A stretch of DNA of 64,000 nt, taken from Paraspadella gotoi. Taxonomy: Eukaryota; Animalia; Chaetognatha. Below are positions 50,318 to 64,000 of this stretch, piece by piece. The position numbers and the translations under genes were made by a program. How positions within the stretch are numbered: the stretch's first letter is position 1; the number at the start of each line of letters is the position of its first letter. Below the pieces are notes generated by a model. That model did not search any database and was not told the DNA's origin. It saw nothing but the letters and a program-made list of their open reading frames with translations. The DNA lies in NCBI GenBank assembly GCA_051294375.1, contig CM119267.1:18628348-18692347 (forward strand), read 5' to 3'.

Positions 50318-52942
50318 AACCGCACCCAAGCCACGCCCGTTTTTTAAACCCCAAATCCCCTTTAAGTTCAGGACTCCCTGCCTCGCCTTTCTTTTCTACC
50401 GCTTCTTTTTTCCTCCCGATTCCCCACTTCTCTCTCGTTCGTCCTAATTGTGTCTTTCTCCTCCCCCCGCACATCTTCACTCCCCCACTTTTCTCCTCCC
50501 CCCTCTCTCTCTCCCTCTTTTTCGACTAAGAGCCCCCCACGCGAAAGAAAAAAAAAAGTAAAAAAAAAAACCGCGTATTTTTGGTGAAATGTTTTGAAAA
50601 TGGCCAGGAGTGGAACGCCAGGGGGGCGACCCCCTCGGAGGGGAGAGGAATACGTTTCCCGGAGGATTAGGCGTGATTGCGGGCGCAGGCGGATGATGGG
50701 GGGCGGGGAGAGGGCTGGAGCGAGGGAGGTTTACTGGGCAACGTTTTTAAACGGTACATCGGTCGACGGAAAGGCGGAAACATTTAAGTTTCATGTTTTC
50801 GGAAGGTATGTCCGAGACGAGGAGAGAGAGAGAGAGAGAAGTAGAGAGAAGAGAGAGAGAGAAGAGAGAGACGAGAGAGGAGAGAAGAAGCGAGAGATGG
50901 ATCTTTTCGCGCTTGAAGAACTGGTAATGAGACAAGGTAAGGTTTTACTCTAGTGAGCAACCGGTTTTTTTCCCCTTTTTTTTGCAAATTTGCTTCACCG
51001 CACACAAAATTACAACGCAAGGAAAACAGGAAGAGCATGATATCTATGACATATGACTGTGACATGAGCCATTATTTTTGTTTCAAACCAAAACACAAAA
51101 ACAAAAAAAACAACGAAAATCCATGACCTTCAAACAAAAAGATTCTCTCGGAAAGTTTTTAAAGCCTCTCGAAGTTTTTTAAGTATTATTTTATTGAAAA
51201 CGCGAGCTATTTAAACTTAAAGATTCTGTTTCACACACAAACTAGCAGACTCACACAAAGAAAAAAAGACTCTCACACAGAATGGTATTAAACCTGCAAG
51301 GAAAAATAGGGATTTAAAGAGCAATCTCGAAAATCTTGAAAAAAAACCAAAGAATTTTATCCTTTCTCACATATAAAGCTTGGGTTTCATTTTTTTTAAT
51401 CTAAAAAGTATTCTTCTTTTTTTTGCCTCCGCCCCCACCACAAAAAAAAGAGCTTTATCTCATTCCTACACTCTAGAGTTTTGTTAACTTTATCATCGAG
51501 ACAAAGATGGAAAAAAAAGATTAAAGAATCAAAAATTAAGGTTAAGCTTCTGTTTTCGCTCGGAGACATTTCTTTCCTTCATTTTCATCTTTTGCTTGAG
51601 ACTTTTTTCAATTCTCTCTCTTTTCTTTCGCCGTCTTTGTTTTCCAACGATTTTTTTTCTCTCGATCCAACTTTTCATTTTCAGACTCATCAAAATATAT
51701 AAACCGTAGAATGTTTTCTCCCGTCGCCGCGGGGGTGACGCTTAGAGGGAAGAGATGGGGGGAGGTAAGTGGAGCCCAGGAAACAGTTTTTTTCCCGCGA
51801 TATAAATATTTTGGTTCGAAGGAAATAAAAAAAAAAAAAAATGATTTATTCGTATCTTATTTTCTTCGAATCCAAAAATTTATATCGCGGAAAAAAAAAT
51901 GTTTCCTGGGCTCCACTTACTCCCCCCCCATCTCTCCCCTCTAGCGTTGCGAAGGGGCCACCCGCGGCGACGGGGAGAAAACATTCTACGGTTTTATATA
52001 TTTTGATGAGTCTGGAAAAAAAAGTTGGATCGAGCAGAAAAAAAATGTTGGGAAAGACAAAAGACGGCGAAAGAAAGAGAGAGAATGAAAAAGTCCTTCA
52101 AGCAAAAGATGAATGAATGAAAGAAATGTCTCCGAGCGAAAACAGAAGGCGGTGGTAACCTTAATTTTTGATTCCTTTATCTTTTTTTTTCCTTTTTTGT
52201 TCTCGATTGATGAATAGGTTAACAAAACCTCAGAGGTGTAGGAATGAATAAAGTCCTTTTTTTGTGGGGGGCGCGGAGGCAAAAAAGAGAAAGAATACTT
52301 TTTAAGATAAAAATAAATTGAGTAACCCAAGCGTTTCATATGTGAGAAGGACTAAAAATTTCTTAGTGATTTTTTTTTCAAGATTTTTCGAGAGTTGCTC
52401 TTTAAAATCCCCTTATTTTTTTGTTCCTTGCAGGCTTTAATACACTTCGTTGGGTAGAGAGTCTTTTTTTCTTTCTTGTGTGAGTCTGCTAGTTTTGGTA
52501 GTGTTGTTTCGAAACTGAAAGAATCTTTAGAGTGTTAAAATTAGCCCTCGTTGGCTAATAAAATAACTACTTAAAAAAACGTCGAGAGGCTTTTAAATAA
52601 CTTTCCGAGAGAATCTTTTTCGTTTGAAAGTCATGGATTTGCGCTTGTTTTTTTTGTTTTTGTTTGGATCTTGGAAACAAAAATTAATGGGCTAGTTTGT
52701 TTTTTCATATTGTTATGATTCCAGAGTTTCCAGTCATATGGCATAATATCATTGCTACTTCGTTTCCTTGCGTTTCGAATTAGTTTGGCGCGTGTGAGAG
52801 GGCCAAATTTGGGGCAAAAAAAAGTAGCGGAAAAAAAACCCGGGTCTGGCACTAGAGTAAAAGCCTATATCCTATGATCTGCATATTACCAGGTTGCTAA
52901 CAGGCGCGTGGAAAAAGACACATCTCTCTCCTGCTCTCTCTC

Positions 52943-52979
<37 letters not shown>

Positions 52980-55900
52980 TCTCTACTCTCTCTCTCTCTC
53001 TCTCTCTCGGACATTCCGTCACAACATGAGAACTTTAAAATGTTTCGCCTTTCCGGTCGACGAGTGTACCGTTTAAAAACGTTTTGCCCAGTAAACTGCC
53101 TCGCTCCAGCCCTCTCCCGCCCCCCCATCTTCCCCTGCGCCCGGCAATCACCCTTAATCCTCCCGGGGAACTATTGCCCCTCTCCCCTCCGAGGGGTCGC
53201 CCTGGGCGTTCCACCTCCTGGCCATTTTCCAAAACATTTTCATACCAAAATCACTGCCAGGTTTTTTTTTTACTATTTTTTTCACTTTTCCGTCGCGGGG
53301 CTCTTTTAGTCGAAAAAGAGGGAGAGAGAGGGGGGGAAGGAGAAAAATGGGGAGTGAAGATGGGCGGGGGGGAGGAGAAGACACAATTGGACGAACGGAG
53401 AGAGAAGTTGGGGAATCGTGAGGAAAAAAGAAGCCTTGGGTACTAGAAAAGAAGGACGAGGCAGAGAGGTCGGACTTAAAGGGGATTGGGGGTTTAAAAA
53501 CGGACGTGAGGCCTTGGGTGCCTGGTTAGAGAGAGAGATGAAGGAGATGAGAGAGAACTGAAGAGAGAGAGAGAGAGAGAGACGAGAGGAGGAGAGAGAG
53601 AGAGAGTGACTGAGACGCATGGAGAGAGAGCACGAGCAGAGAGTCAAGAAAGGTAGAAAAACTCCGAAACTTGATTATCCTCTTCAAAAATAGGAGAGAG
53701 ATTGAGAGGTCGTGTTTCGGATTGATTTGGAGCGAAAATAAGAAGAGGAAACTCCGGCTCAGAGAGGATAAGTCCCGACGGGGATGTGGAGGGGCGTGCG
53801 GTAGGGGCGATAGACGGTAGGGTGTAGATTGAACCAGACCGCCTTATTTCTTTAGGGAACCCGAATCTCTGCGGAATAGGAGTCCGGTCTTAATTCGTAC
53901 AGGCACGAACAAAAAAGTGAGTCAGAACGAGGCTTGTATTACTGTTCGGACATTTAGGCGAAGGTGGCGAAACGAACATAAACGAACTGCGAATTAGAGT
54001 TGTAATAAACTTGAAAAAAAACAGAAAATAAAACAGAAGTTGATCGTGTTTCGAGAAAACAATTGGATGGACAAATTCGCAGCGACAGGGCATAACACAG
54101 AGTCGGGACTGGATAAACCCGATTGAACAGTCATGGCGATACAGGTAAACGACATAGAGGCCGACACAGACCTGGCGATGGTCACGCGCGACGATGATTT
54201 AATGACGACGAGCGCACGACGACGACGACGATTAACGAGGATTATTGTGAAACGGCAAGAGAGAGAAAAAAAAGTTGAAGTCGAAAAAACCAATTTATTT
54301 AACTTTTTTATTCTTAAACATTTCTCAGGCAGATATTTGGAGATTGCTTTCGGATCGAATGAAAATTTAACGAGAAATGACGAAAAAAAAATTGAAAATC
54401 AGGATGCATCAAGGTGGGTTTGCCCTTTTCCGGTCGTTCGAGCTAAGAAGTTTATTTTCTCGTTTAATTTCTTTGTTTTGATTTATAAGAAATCCGTTAT
54501 TAATTCGTAGTGTTGCTAGTTTTGTTCTGTCTCTATCCCAGAAAAAATAAAGAATTAAATTTTTTTTTTCGGCTTTCGAGGTTAATCTTTTCATTGAGTG
54601 CATGATATTAGTTTTTGTATATCGTACATTTTATTTATTTCCTAAAATATCTTGTTTTTCTTCGCTNNNNNNNNNNNNNNNNNNNNNNNNNAGAGAGAGA
54701 GAGAGGATGTTTTCGCGTTAGAACTGGTAATGAGACAAGGATAAGGTTTTACTCTAGTGAGCAACCGGTTTTTTTTCCCCTTTTTTTTTGCAAATTTGCT
54801 TCACCGCACACAAATTGAAACGCAAGGAAAACAGGAAGTAGCAATGATATTATGACATATGACTGATGACATGAGCATTATTTTTGTTTCAAAGCCAAAA
54901 AACAAAAACAAAAAAAAACAACGAAAATCCATGACTTCAAACGAAAAAGATTCTCTCGGAAAGTTATTTAAAGCCTCTCGAAGTTTTTTAAGTATTATTT
55001 TATTGAGAACGAGGCTAATTTAAACTTAAAGATTCTTGTTTCACACACAAACTAGCAGACTCACACAAAAAGAAAAAAAGACTCTCACCACGAATGGTAT
55101 TAAACCTGCAAGGAAAAAAAATAAGGGATTTAAAGAGCAATCTCGAAAAATCTTGAAAAAAAAACAAAGAATTTTTAATCCTTCTCACATATAAAGCTTG
55201 GGTTTCAATTTTTTTTATCTTTAAAAAGTATTCTTTCTCTTTTTGCCTCCGCCCCCACCAAAAAAAAGGACTTTATCTCATTCCTACACTCTGAGTTTTG
55301 TTAACTTTAATCATCGAGAACAAAAAGATGGAAAAAAAAGATAAAGAATCAAAAATTAAGGTTAAAGCTTCTGTTTTCGCTCGGAGACATTTCTTTTCCT
55401 CATTTTCATCTTTTGCTTGAGACTTTTTCAATTCTCTCTCTTTCCTTTCGCCGTCTTTTGTTTTCCAACGATTTTTTTTCTGCTCGATCCAACTTTTCTT
55501 TTCCAGACTCATCAAAATATATAAAACCGGTAGAATGTTTTCTCCCGTCGCCGCGGGGTGAGCAGCTAGAGGGAAGAGATGGGGGGAGGTAAGTGGAGCC
55601 CAGGAAACAGTTTTTTTTTCCCGCGATATAAATATTTTGGTTCGAAAGGAAATTAAAAAAAAAAAAAAGGGGAAAACCGACCCGCGGTGATTAATGTCGC
55701 TAGTTCATATTCTCGTCCAGTGTGGCGCCCGTTTTCAATTCCGCTAAACGCAGATGTCCGACCTTGTTTTTTTTTTGTGTCATTGTTTCGGGCCACAAAA
55801 AAAAAACATAGAAAAAAAAAATATAAAACCAACCCTGTAAGCTAGAAGAGTCAATTAATCGATAAGGCGCTCTCTCTCAGAACTAAGTGCCTTTTAATGA

Positions 55901-56464
55901 ATGGCCATTCTCGAGGTGATGGCGTCGAGCAGAAGGATTTTTAAATCCGTCTGGAAAGATGGGCGGGGAATGCGGAAAGAACGGCGCGTATTTCAGTGTG
56001 TGCGGTAAAAATCTTAAAAAAATCCCAATGATTGCCGCAGACCTCGAAGAATGTTCCATAGAAGTTGCGGCTACACTCAAAGGGGATCGACATGCTTAGA
56101 CTCATAGGACGCGACTGCTGTTAAACGCTTCGGGTGTGTCTTCGTTTCCAAAAGCTATTGCCGCAATCTTTGGATTAGACCGTCAATGGATCTTGCGGCA
56201 ATTATAACAGGATCTTCGCCTTTAATTGCGGCAGAGCCAGACTGAGGTGCTCGTTAATCGTGATTCCTGCGGCGGAAAAAGAAGAAAAAAAAAAAAAAAA
56301 ATAGGCGGCGCTCGGATCGACGTTCGAATCCCTGACTCCTTAATCCCGCTGCGAATGGAAAGTCGGATTACCCGTCGAGTTAATGTTTTTTTATTCTTTT
56401 TTTTATTTTGCTACAGCCCTCTTCATCGGAAGCACTCTCTCTCTCTTCTCGATCTCTCTCTCTC
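42342..56464. repeat. Nested large inverted duplications
   Basis: 42342-44160 is the reverse complement of 54692-56464; 49298-51840 folds back onto 51850-54666; 46410-47230 is inverted at 48185-49025. Confidence 0.85.
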
Positions 56465-56542
56465 NNNNNNNNNNNNNNNNNNNNNNNNNAAAGCTATTGC
56501 CGTGTTGGTCAATCTTTGGATTAGACCGTCAATGGATCTTGC

Positions 56543-56578
<36 letters not shown>

Positions 56579-57339
56579 ATAACAAGGATCTTCGCCTTAA
56601 TTGCGGGCAGAGCCAGACCTGAGGTGCTCGTTAATGCGTGATTCCTGCGGCGCGACAGGAAAAAAGAGAAAAAAAAAAAAAAAAATAGGCGGCGCTCGGA
56701 TCGACGTTCGAATCCCTGACTCCTTAATCCCGCTGCGAATGGAAAGTCGGATTACCCGTCGAGTTAATGTTTTTTTATTCTTTTTTTTATTTTGCTACAC
56801 CCTCTTCATCGGAAAAATTAATTAAAATGAGAGAGATAGGCAGAGAGAAAGAGAGAGAAAAAACTGAGAGAGAGAGAGAAATGGAGAGAGAGAGAGAGAG
56901 TGAGGGAGAGAAACTGAGAGAGCGAGAGCGAGAAAGAAAGAGAGAGAGGGAGAGAGAGGGAGAGGGAGAGAGAGAGAGAGATATCTCAAGATTCTCTGTG
57001 ACACACGTAGATTCTCACTCTTTTCCTTCACCGATTCGACTCTGTCTCACCCAAGTGAACCCCGAGGGGCGCCGCCCACACGTAATCCACGGGGTGGTGA
57101 ACCTTTCGCAGCCACTCGCGGCTTCGCGGCCTCGAAAAAACCTCACACACAAAGAGAAAGTAAATCGTTTATTCGGATTAACTTTTTTTTTTTGATGCTC
57201 GTCACCCGAGTTAACGCGATGTACTTTTGATCATAATTTTTTTTTAAATGAGGGAAAACGAATTTCAAAAGCGCACTTAGAGAACAATCTCTTCTACAAT
57301 TCCGGGCAACACTTTGGTTTTATTATCATTGTTAATATT

Positions 57340-57358
57340 AGTATTATTATTATTATTA

Positions 57359-57421
<63 letters not shown>

Positions 57422-57529
57422 TATTATTATTATTTATTATTATTATTATTTTTATTATTATATTATTATTATATTATTATTTATTATTATTATTATTATC
57501 ATTATTATTATTATTATTATCATCTATTA

Positions 57530-57605
<76 letters not shown>
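57340..57605 (+). repeat. (TAT)n microsatellite
   Basis: Direct reading. Confidence 0.95.
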
Positions 57606-58353
57606 ATAAATATCAGTTCTTAGCTTTATCTAAAACTTCGTCGTCCTAGTCCAGAGATGGACCAGAAAAGAAAAAAAAATATTTAAGCGGTCATAAAATT
57701 TTCAAAAAATCTGCTTCTTGAAAGTGAAGCGAAGGCCAACCAGAAGCAAATTCCCGTCGTTAAAAAAAANNNNNNNNNNNNNNNNNNNNNNNNNNNNNNN
57801 NNNNNNNNNNNNNNNNNNNNNNNNNNNNNNNNNNNNNNNNNNNNNNNNNNNNNNNNNNNNNNNNTAATTTGTTCCCAGCCTCGACTTCGAAGTAAACGAT
57901 GAAAAAAGCCTACTTTTTGGATTGATTTACTGAGACAATGGCGTTCCGCGCGGATTTTCTCGCCCGGAAAAAAGGGGTAAAAAAAAAGGGCCACCAAAAA
58001 GAAGGAGAGCAGCTGAAATCTGGTTGTACTTTTAAATTTTGGGTTTATAGAAAATCGGGGGAAAAAGATGAGCGATATACATTGACTTTAAAAAAACCCG
58101 AAAAACAAGGGTTTAATCTCTTTGATAATCGCATTGATTTTAGTTTTAAGTTTTAAATAAATTTGCAAAATCCTATATAATTTTTTAGTATTATTTTTAA
58201 TTTCCGCTTAAATACAAAAACTCGTTGGAAAATTAATTTAATGGGAATGAAAACGTGAAATCCAAAAGGAAAAAAAATCTTAAGCATCGGAAAGAAAAAA
58301 AAAGTACAAAACAACAAAAGTTTAATTGGAAAACGCTTCTTATTCTTGCGGAT

Positions 58354-58405
<52 letters not shown>

Positions 58406-58928
58406 CTTCTCTCTCTCTCTCTCCTCTTCTCTCTCTCTCTCCTCTCGCTCTCTCTCTCTCTCTCTCTCTCTATTTTTTTCTCGCGCATCAGGCCAAACGC
58501 CGGTCGTTTTGTTTATATTTTGGTTTTGTTTATGTTTTCATTCAAATTCGTTTTATAATGCGGTCTCTTGCCGCCTTCTTCTATTGCCAACGATTTTCTA
58601 ATTCCCAGAATCGTATGAGCTTCCTTTTTTTTTCGTTCGTTCGACGCATTTCGTTTGCTCGGCACTCTGTTCGCTCAATTTCGTCCTTTGTTCGCATTAT
58701 ACTTCTTGAACACTAGTTGCTCGCGACTGTAAAATTCCATTTTTTTCTTTAATAATCATCGATCGTTCGTCGAACTCAAATTTAATAAAGGAAAAGAATA
58801 ATTAAACTTGATTATATATTTATCCTAACGTATTTGATATAAATGTCTCATTTCTAATCATGAAAACATATCGTTAACCAAGTTTCATTTATCACAGATT
58901 TACGAAAGAAATTGAGGTTAACGGAGGC

Positions 58929-58981
<53 letters not shown>

Positions 58982-58983
58982 TC

Positions 58984-59023
<40 letters not shown>

Positions 59024-59053
59024 CTTCTTTCTTTCTTTCTTTCTTTCTCTTTT

Positions 59054-59103
<50 letters not shown>

Positions 59104-59237
59104 TCTCCTCTCTCCTCTCTCTTCTCTCTCTCTTTTTTCTCTCTCTCTCGCTTTCTTTCTTTCTTTCTTTCTTTCTTCTTTCTTTCTTTCTTCTTTCTTC
59201 TTTCTTTCTTTCTTTCTCTCACTCTCTCACTCTCTCT

Positions 59238-59294
<57 letters not shown>

Positions 59295-59643
59295 TTTTCT
59301 ATGTTCGAGTGGGAAAAACTTTCTTCCACTTTAAGAGAAATGTGTTTAATTTATCAGATGAGTTTTTATTCTGATTAAAAAGTGTTTTTTTTATTTTTTC
59401 CTTTTTATGAATTAGTTTTGGGTTTATGAAATTGGTACAACCAATATAAAATTTTAAATAGTAAATATTCAGATTAATTTTTTGCTTTATCGAAGCATAA
59501 CGGATTTCGGAGCTTGTGACCTCAAGGAAATTTAAAAGGAAAATTAAAAAAAAAAGTAAATAAATAAAAAGTTAATAACGAAAGCATCATTTCCTTGAGT
59601 GAAAATCATCGCTGGTATATTCCCGCAGCGTTAGCGACTATGC

Positions 59644-59681
<38 letters not shown>

Positions 59682-60355
59682 TTATCAACGACGAGATAAT
59701 AAATTGCATCGAAAGGCGGGGCACGTAAGGTGACGAATTTCGTAAGAGGAATTCCTGAAAAACAAAGTGACGAGATATATGACCTCATCACTCGTGATAA
59801 ATCGGCATCGTAAACACGACAAATTTCACGCACGACCAATATTTATCGCTCAGAAATAAATCAAGGAATTGGAGTTGGAAAATTAACTAAAAAAAAATGA
59901 ATTTGGTTAATGACCCAGCGAAACCAGTTTTTTCTTCTTTTTTGTTTTTAAATAAAAGATGAGCCAATTAATTTCCTTTTTTTTCCCCAAAAAAAGTGAA
60001 GTATCACTAGAATGTGAAGAATGACAGTGAAGAGAAGGGAGGGGTCTCCGTCACCGACGGGGGGAAATACCGTCGCCTCGATGGGCGGAGCGGTGAACAA
60101 AAAAAAAAAAGAATCACGGCGTGACGGGACATCGAGTGACGATCTTTGCTCGAAGCGGAAATGGCGAAAAAAATCTTTTGGCCGGGGGGGGGGAAGAATA
60201 AATGCCGAGGAGGGAAGGTGTCGACTGCGAGAGAGAGACAGAGACGACGATGCAAAAAGAAAAAAAAGGGAGCGACATCAACCAAAAAAAAATATATATA
60301 TATCACTCCGTAAAGGGGCATGATTCATTTTTAAACGAGAGAATAACTCGGGTGA

Positions 60356-60660
60356 GGACATATTTTCCAAAAGCGCTCTATTTCGGATTAAATTTCAAAA
60401 TTTCGTTAGTTTTCAAATTTAAAGATAGGGACTAGGTTAAGGAATTGGGTTGGGAATTAGGTTTAGGGATTAATGTTTAGGGTTAACGTTTAGAATTACG
60501 GGATGAGGTTAGGGATTAACTTTAAGGTTAAGGGATTAGTATTAAGGATTAAGATTAGGAATTGGGTAAGGTATTCGGGAAAAGATTAGGTTAAAGCATT
60601 AGATCAAAATTAAGTTCAGGGATTAAGAATAAAAATGGGGCGCTTTAGGATATTAGTGCC
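60356..60660. mobile_element. Small element with imperfect TIRs and internal degenerate TTAGGG-like repeats; relatives at ~23185-23425 (opposite orientation), fragments at ~25190-25250 and ~27580-27640
   Basis: Ends ACATATTTTCCAAAAGCGCTCTATTT / AAATGGGGCGCTTTAGGATATTAGTG; 23385-23425 matches the reverse complement of 60362-60405; interior ggttag/gggatta repeats. Confidence 0.5.
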
Positions 60661-62070
60661 GGGCACGAACGGAAGAAGGAGAAATCTCCGTCGATAAACA
60701 TTAAAACCCGGACTAAACCTAAGTTGTTCTTTTTTTTTTGGCGAGCGTTTTTTTGTTTTTTTGTTTTTGAAATATCAATTTTATCTATCGAGCATATCTT
60801 TTATGAGATAGTCGTAAGAATGGACGGAAGATTAAATTTTTTTTTTGCTGTTTTTTTCTCCACATCTCGTTGCGATTTTCTGGCAGCTCAGAAGTCTTTT
60901 TTTTTTATCGCTCTCGAATCCGACTCATTTTAGTGCCTTAAATGCAAATTTTTATCCTTTTTTAAAAAAAATTTTTATAGTTTATTTTTCACAATGAAAT
61001 TGATTTTAAGTAAGTTATCGTTGAGGCCACTTTGCACTTTGGTCTAAATCGATCAAGTTCCATTACGGAAAACTTTTAAAATAATCTACGAAATACAACA
61101 AACTGCGAATCTAACAACAAAAAAGCGACAGCTAAAAATTGGGGGGAACTTTCTTTTTTTGGCGAAGCGGAAATTTTTAACCCAAACCCAGACCACGTGA
61201 AAAGAAAGTAAATCTAATTTGTGTGCTGATTTTAGAGTCATGTTTTGATATTTTGGGAGGTTTATAGTTTTAAAATCCAGGGTTGAGGAAACCAGAATAA
61301 AAATAAATTTAGGAAGAAATAAAAAAAAGTAAGGAAAAAAAATAGAAAGACTATGTCAAAAAAGATGGAACGTGGAAAATAAAAAAAAAATGAGAGAAAG
61401 AAGGAAAGAAAGAAAAAGAGAAAGAAAGACAAATAAATAACGGGTAAAGGAAGAACGAGTCCACATCAAAGCGGAATTCCAGAATGGACCATAATGTTCC
61501 CGCCCATCGACTCTTCCGTTACTTTTCTCTCAGAAAAAAAAAAGGAAAAAAAAAAAAAACTAAAATGAATTCTCATATTTTTTCAGGAGGAAAAAAACTT
61601 GGACGAAATAAGGATTCATTACAAACGAAGAGGCAGATGCAACAACAACAACAACCAAAAACCCCGCATCTCCGTGACTTGGAGCGAATTAAAAACTGAG
61701 AATTTAAAAAAAAGAAGATTAAATAGAAAAAAATAAAAAAAGAATTCCCGGACTAAACAAGAAAAGTCAATTCCATTGAGCGCTAAAACAAATAAGGAGG
61801 CGAATTAGAAAAAAAAAGAAGAGCAATCGTGAACTCGGAGAGTCGGCTTAATTAACGCTTTCCTCTTCTCGAGCTCATCTCTAGAACGGAAGACGACGAC
61901 AACGACGACGAAAGACGCCGACAGACGTCATACACGACGCCGGGGGCGCCGGCGTCTTCTCTCGGCGGCGTATAGCGTCCCTCTAGCGGACGATTCCGTT
62001 ATCGACATTTGCGCCATCGACTTTTAATCTTCGCTATTAACATTTTCGATCGTCAGAAGAAAAAAAAACC

Positions 62071-62278
62071 ATGGCGCGGCGGACGTCTTTTGTTTATCTC
62101 ATCGCTTCGCTTCTCTGCATCGCCGCTTGGAGCCGGGCGGCGCTGGCGTCGCCCGTGGACGTTGCTCGAGAACCGTGTAGACGGTGCGAGGAGAGAGACG
62201 GCGTCGGGTTCGGCGGTGGATGTCGGATGGTGTCCAAGACTTTCGCCAAGAAACACATGAGAATCGGATATCACAAGG
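62071..62278 (+). CDS. First coding exon of a secreted cysteine-containing protein (possible cystine-knot hormone-like)
   Basis: accATGG Kozak context, signal peptide MARRTSFVYLIASLLCIAAWSRAALA, then SPVDVAREPCRRCEE..GGGCRMVSKTFAKKHMRIGYHK, strong donor AAGG|gtaagg at 62279; GC-rich upstream region. Confidence 0.6.
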
Positions 62279-63191
62279 GTAAGGAATGTTGCTCAAATTA
62301 TATATATATATATTTGATAAATAAGCTATCTCGCCCTATAAGCTATATCGTAAGAAGGTATCTTGTGCAAATCGTTATTCCTAATAGTTGAAGGACTTTA
62401 TTGTGGTTTATTTATTTTTTTTTATTTACCTTTTTACCGCTATGATCAATTTTTCCTTCATTGCAATCTTTCAGCGGGAAATTTATTTGTTATTTGTTGA
62501 AAATGGTAGTTTTACGTAAACAAGAGGCATAAAATTCTATATTTATCATTTTCGTATTAGTTATACCAATTTCATGACGTATACTTTTTTTTGAAGGTGA
62601 TAAAAATGTTTGGCTCATCGTTTTTCAACGTTTATTCTCTTCTCAATAATTTGATAATAATTACCTAGTTTTCCATGTTTTAAAACGATGTTCGAATTTG
62701 TCGGTTTCGGTCCGCCCAAGAATAGACGTAAATTGTTAAATATCTTTCTTCGTTTTCGCTCGTCGTCAATTTCATCTTGTCTAATTAGAACATCAGTGCT
62801 TGGGAGAAAGAGGTGCCCGGTAATTAAAGGAAGAGAGGGGACAGAATCCGAAACTAAAAGAGAAAAATTAGAGAATAAGAAAAAAAACTCGTTTTTTTTT
62901 TACTTTTCTCGTCAGGTGAGACTTGAGACTTTTTTGGGAGACTCCTCTGTAAACAGCGGAACAAAGTAACAAACGCTACTGAAGATCGAATGTTTCTTAC
63001 CACTCAATTTAAATTTAACTAAACGAATGATTTGAACGCAGGAAAGAAGAATCATTTTATTCACACAGAGCGAATTTATATACAAAAAAAAATATCAGAG
63101 GTAACAACGAAAAAAAAAACCGAGACTAGATTATTGAGAGAGAGAGAAAGAGAAAAGAAAACAGAAAAAAAGAATCCGAGAGTGTGGGAAT

Positions 63192-64000
<809 letters not shown>

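Noticed and set aside
60435-60625. True telomeric array
   Set aside because: Highly degenerate, short, internal and bounded by inverted repeats.

Overview
Eukaryotic (animal-type) genomic DNA, AT-rich with many (AG)n/(GAC)n/(TAT)n microsatellites; most ORFs in the supplied track are repeat artefacts and the real genes are spliced. By hand-splicing on GT-AG sites I recover: (1) a complete 6-exon GPx1/3-type glutathione peroxidase on the minus strand (8271->1208) with an in-frame UGA selenocysteine codon and a 3'UTR SECIS-like hairpin that lacks the usual apical AA; (2) a plus-strand gene resembling BK-channel beta subunits (KCNMB/TipE, CaKB family) whose introns appear to contain both the GPx gene and (3) a 3-exon C-type lectin gene in antisense; (4) the 3' part of a minus-strand EGF-Sushi-GCC2/GCC3 extracellular protein with an acidic region and an Arg-rich tail; (5) a first exon of a secreted Cys-containing protein at 62071; (6) the 3' part of an actin gene (minus). 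GPx intron 1 holds a ~310-nt densely structured GC-rich island of unknown identity. The 24.6-57 kb interval is dominated by tandem and inverted duplications with N gaps and indel-rich copies (partly likely assembly or amplification artefact), and includes a TA-flanked long-TIR MITE seen in filled, empty and deleted states. All assignments are from manual reading; no searches were run.
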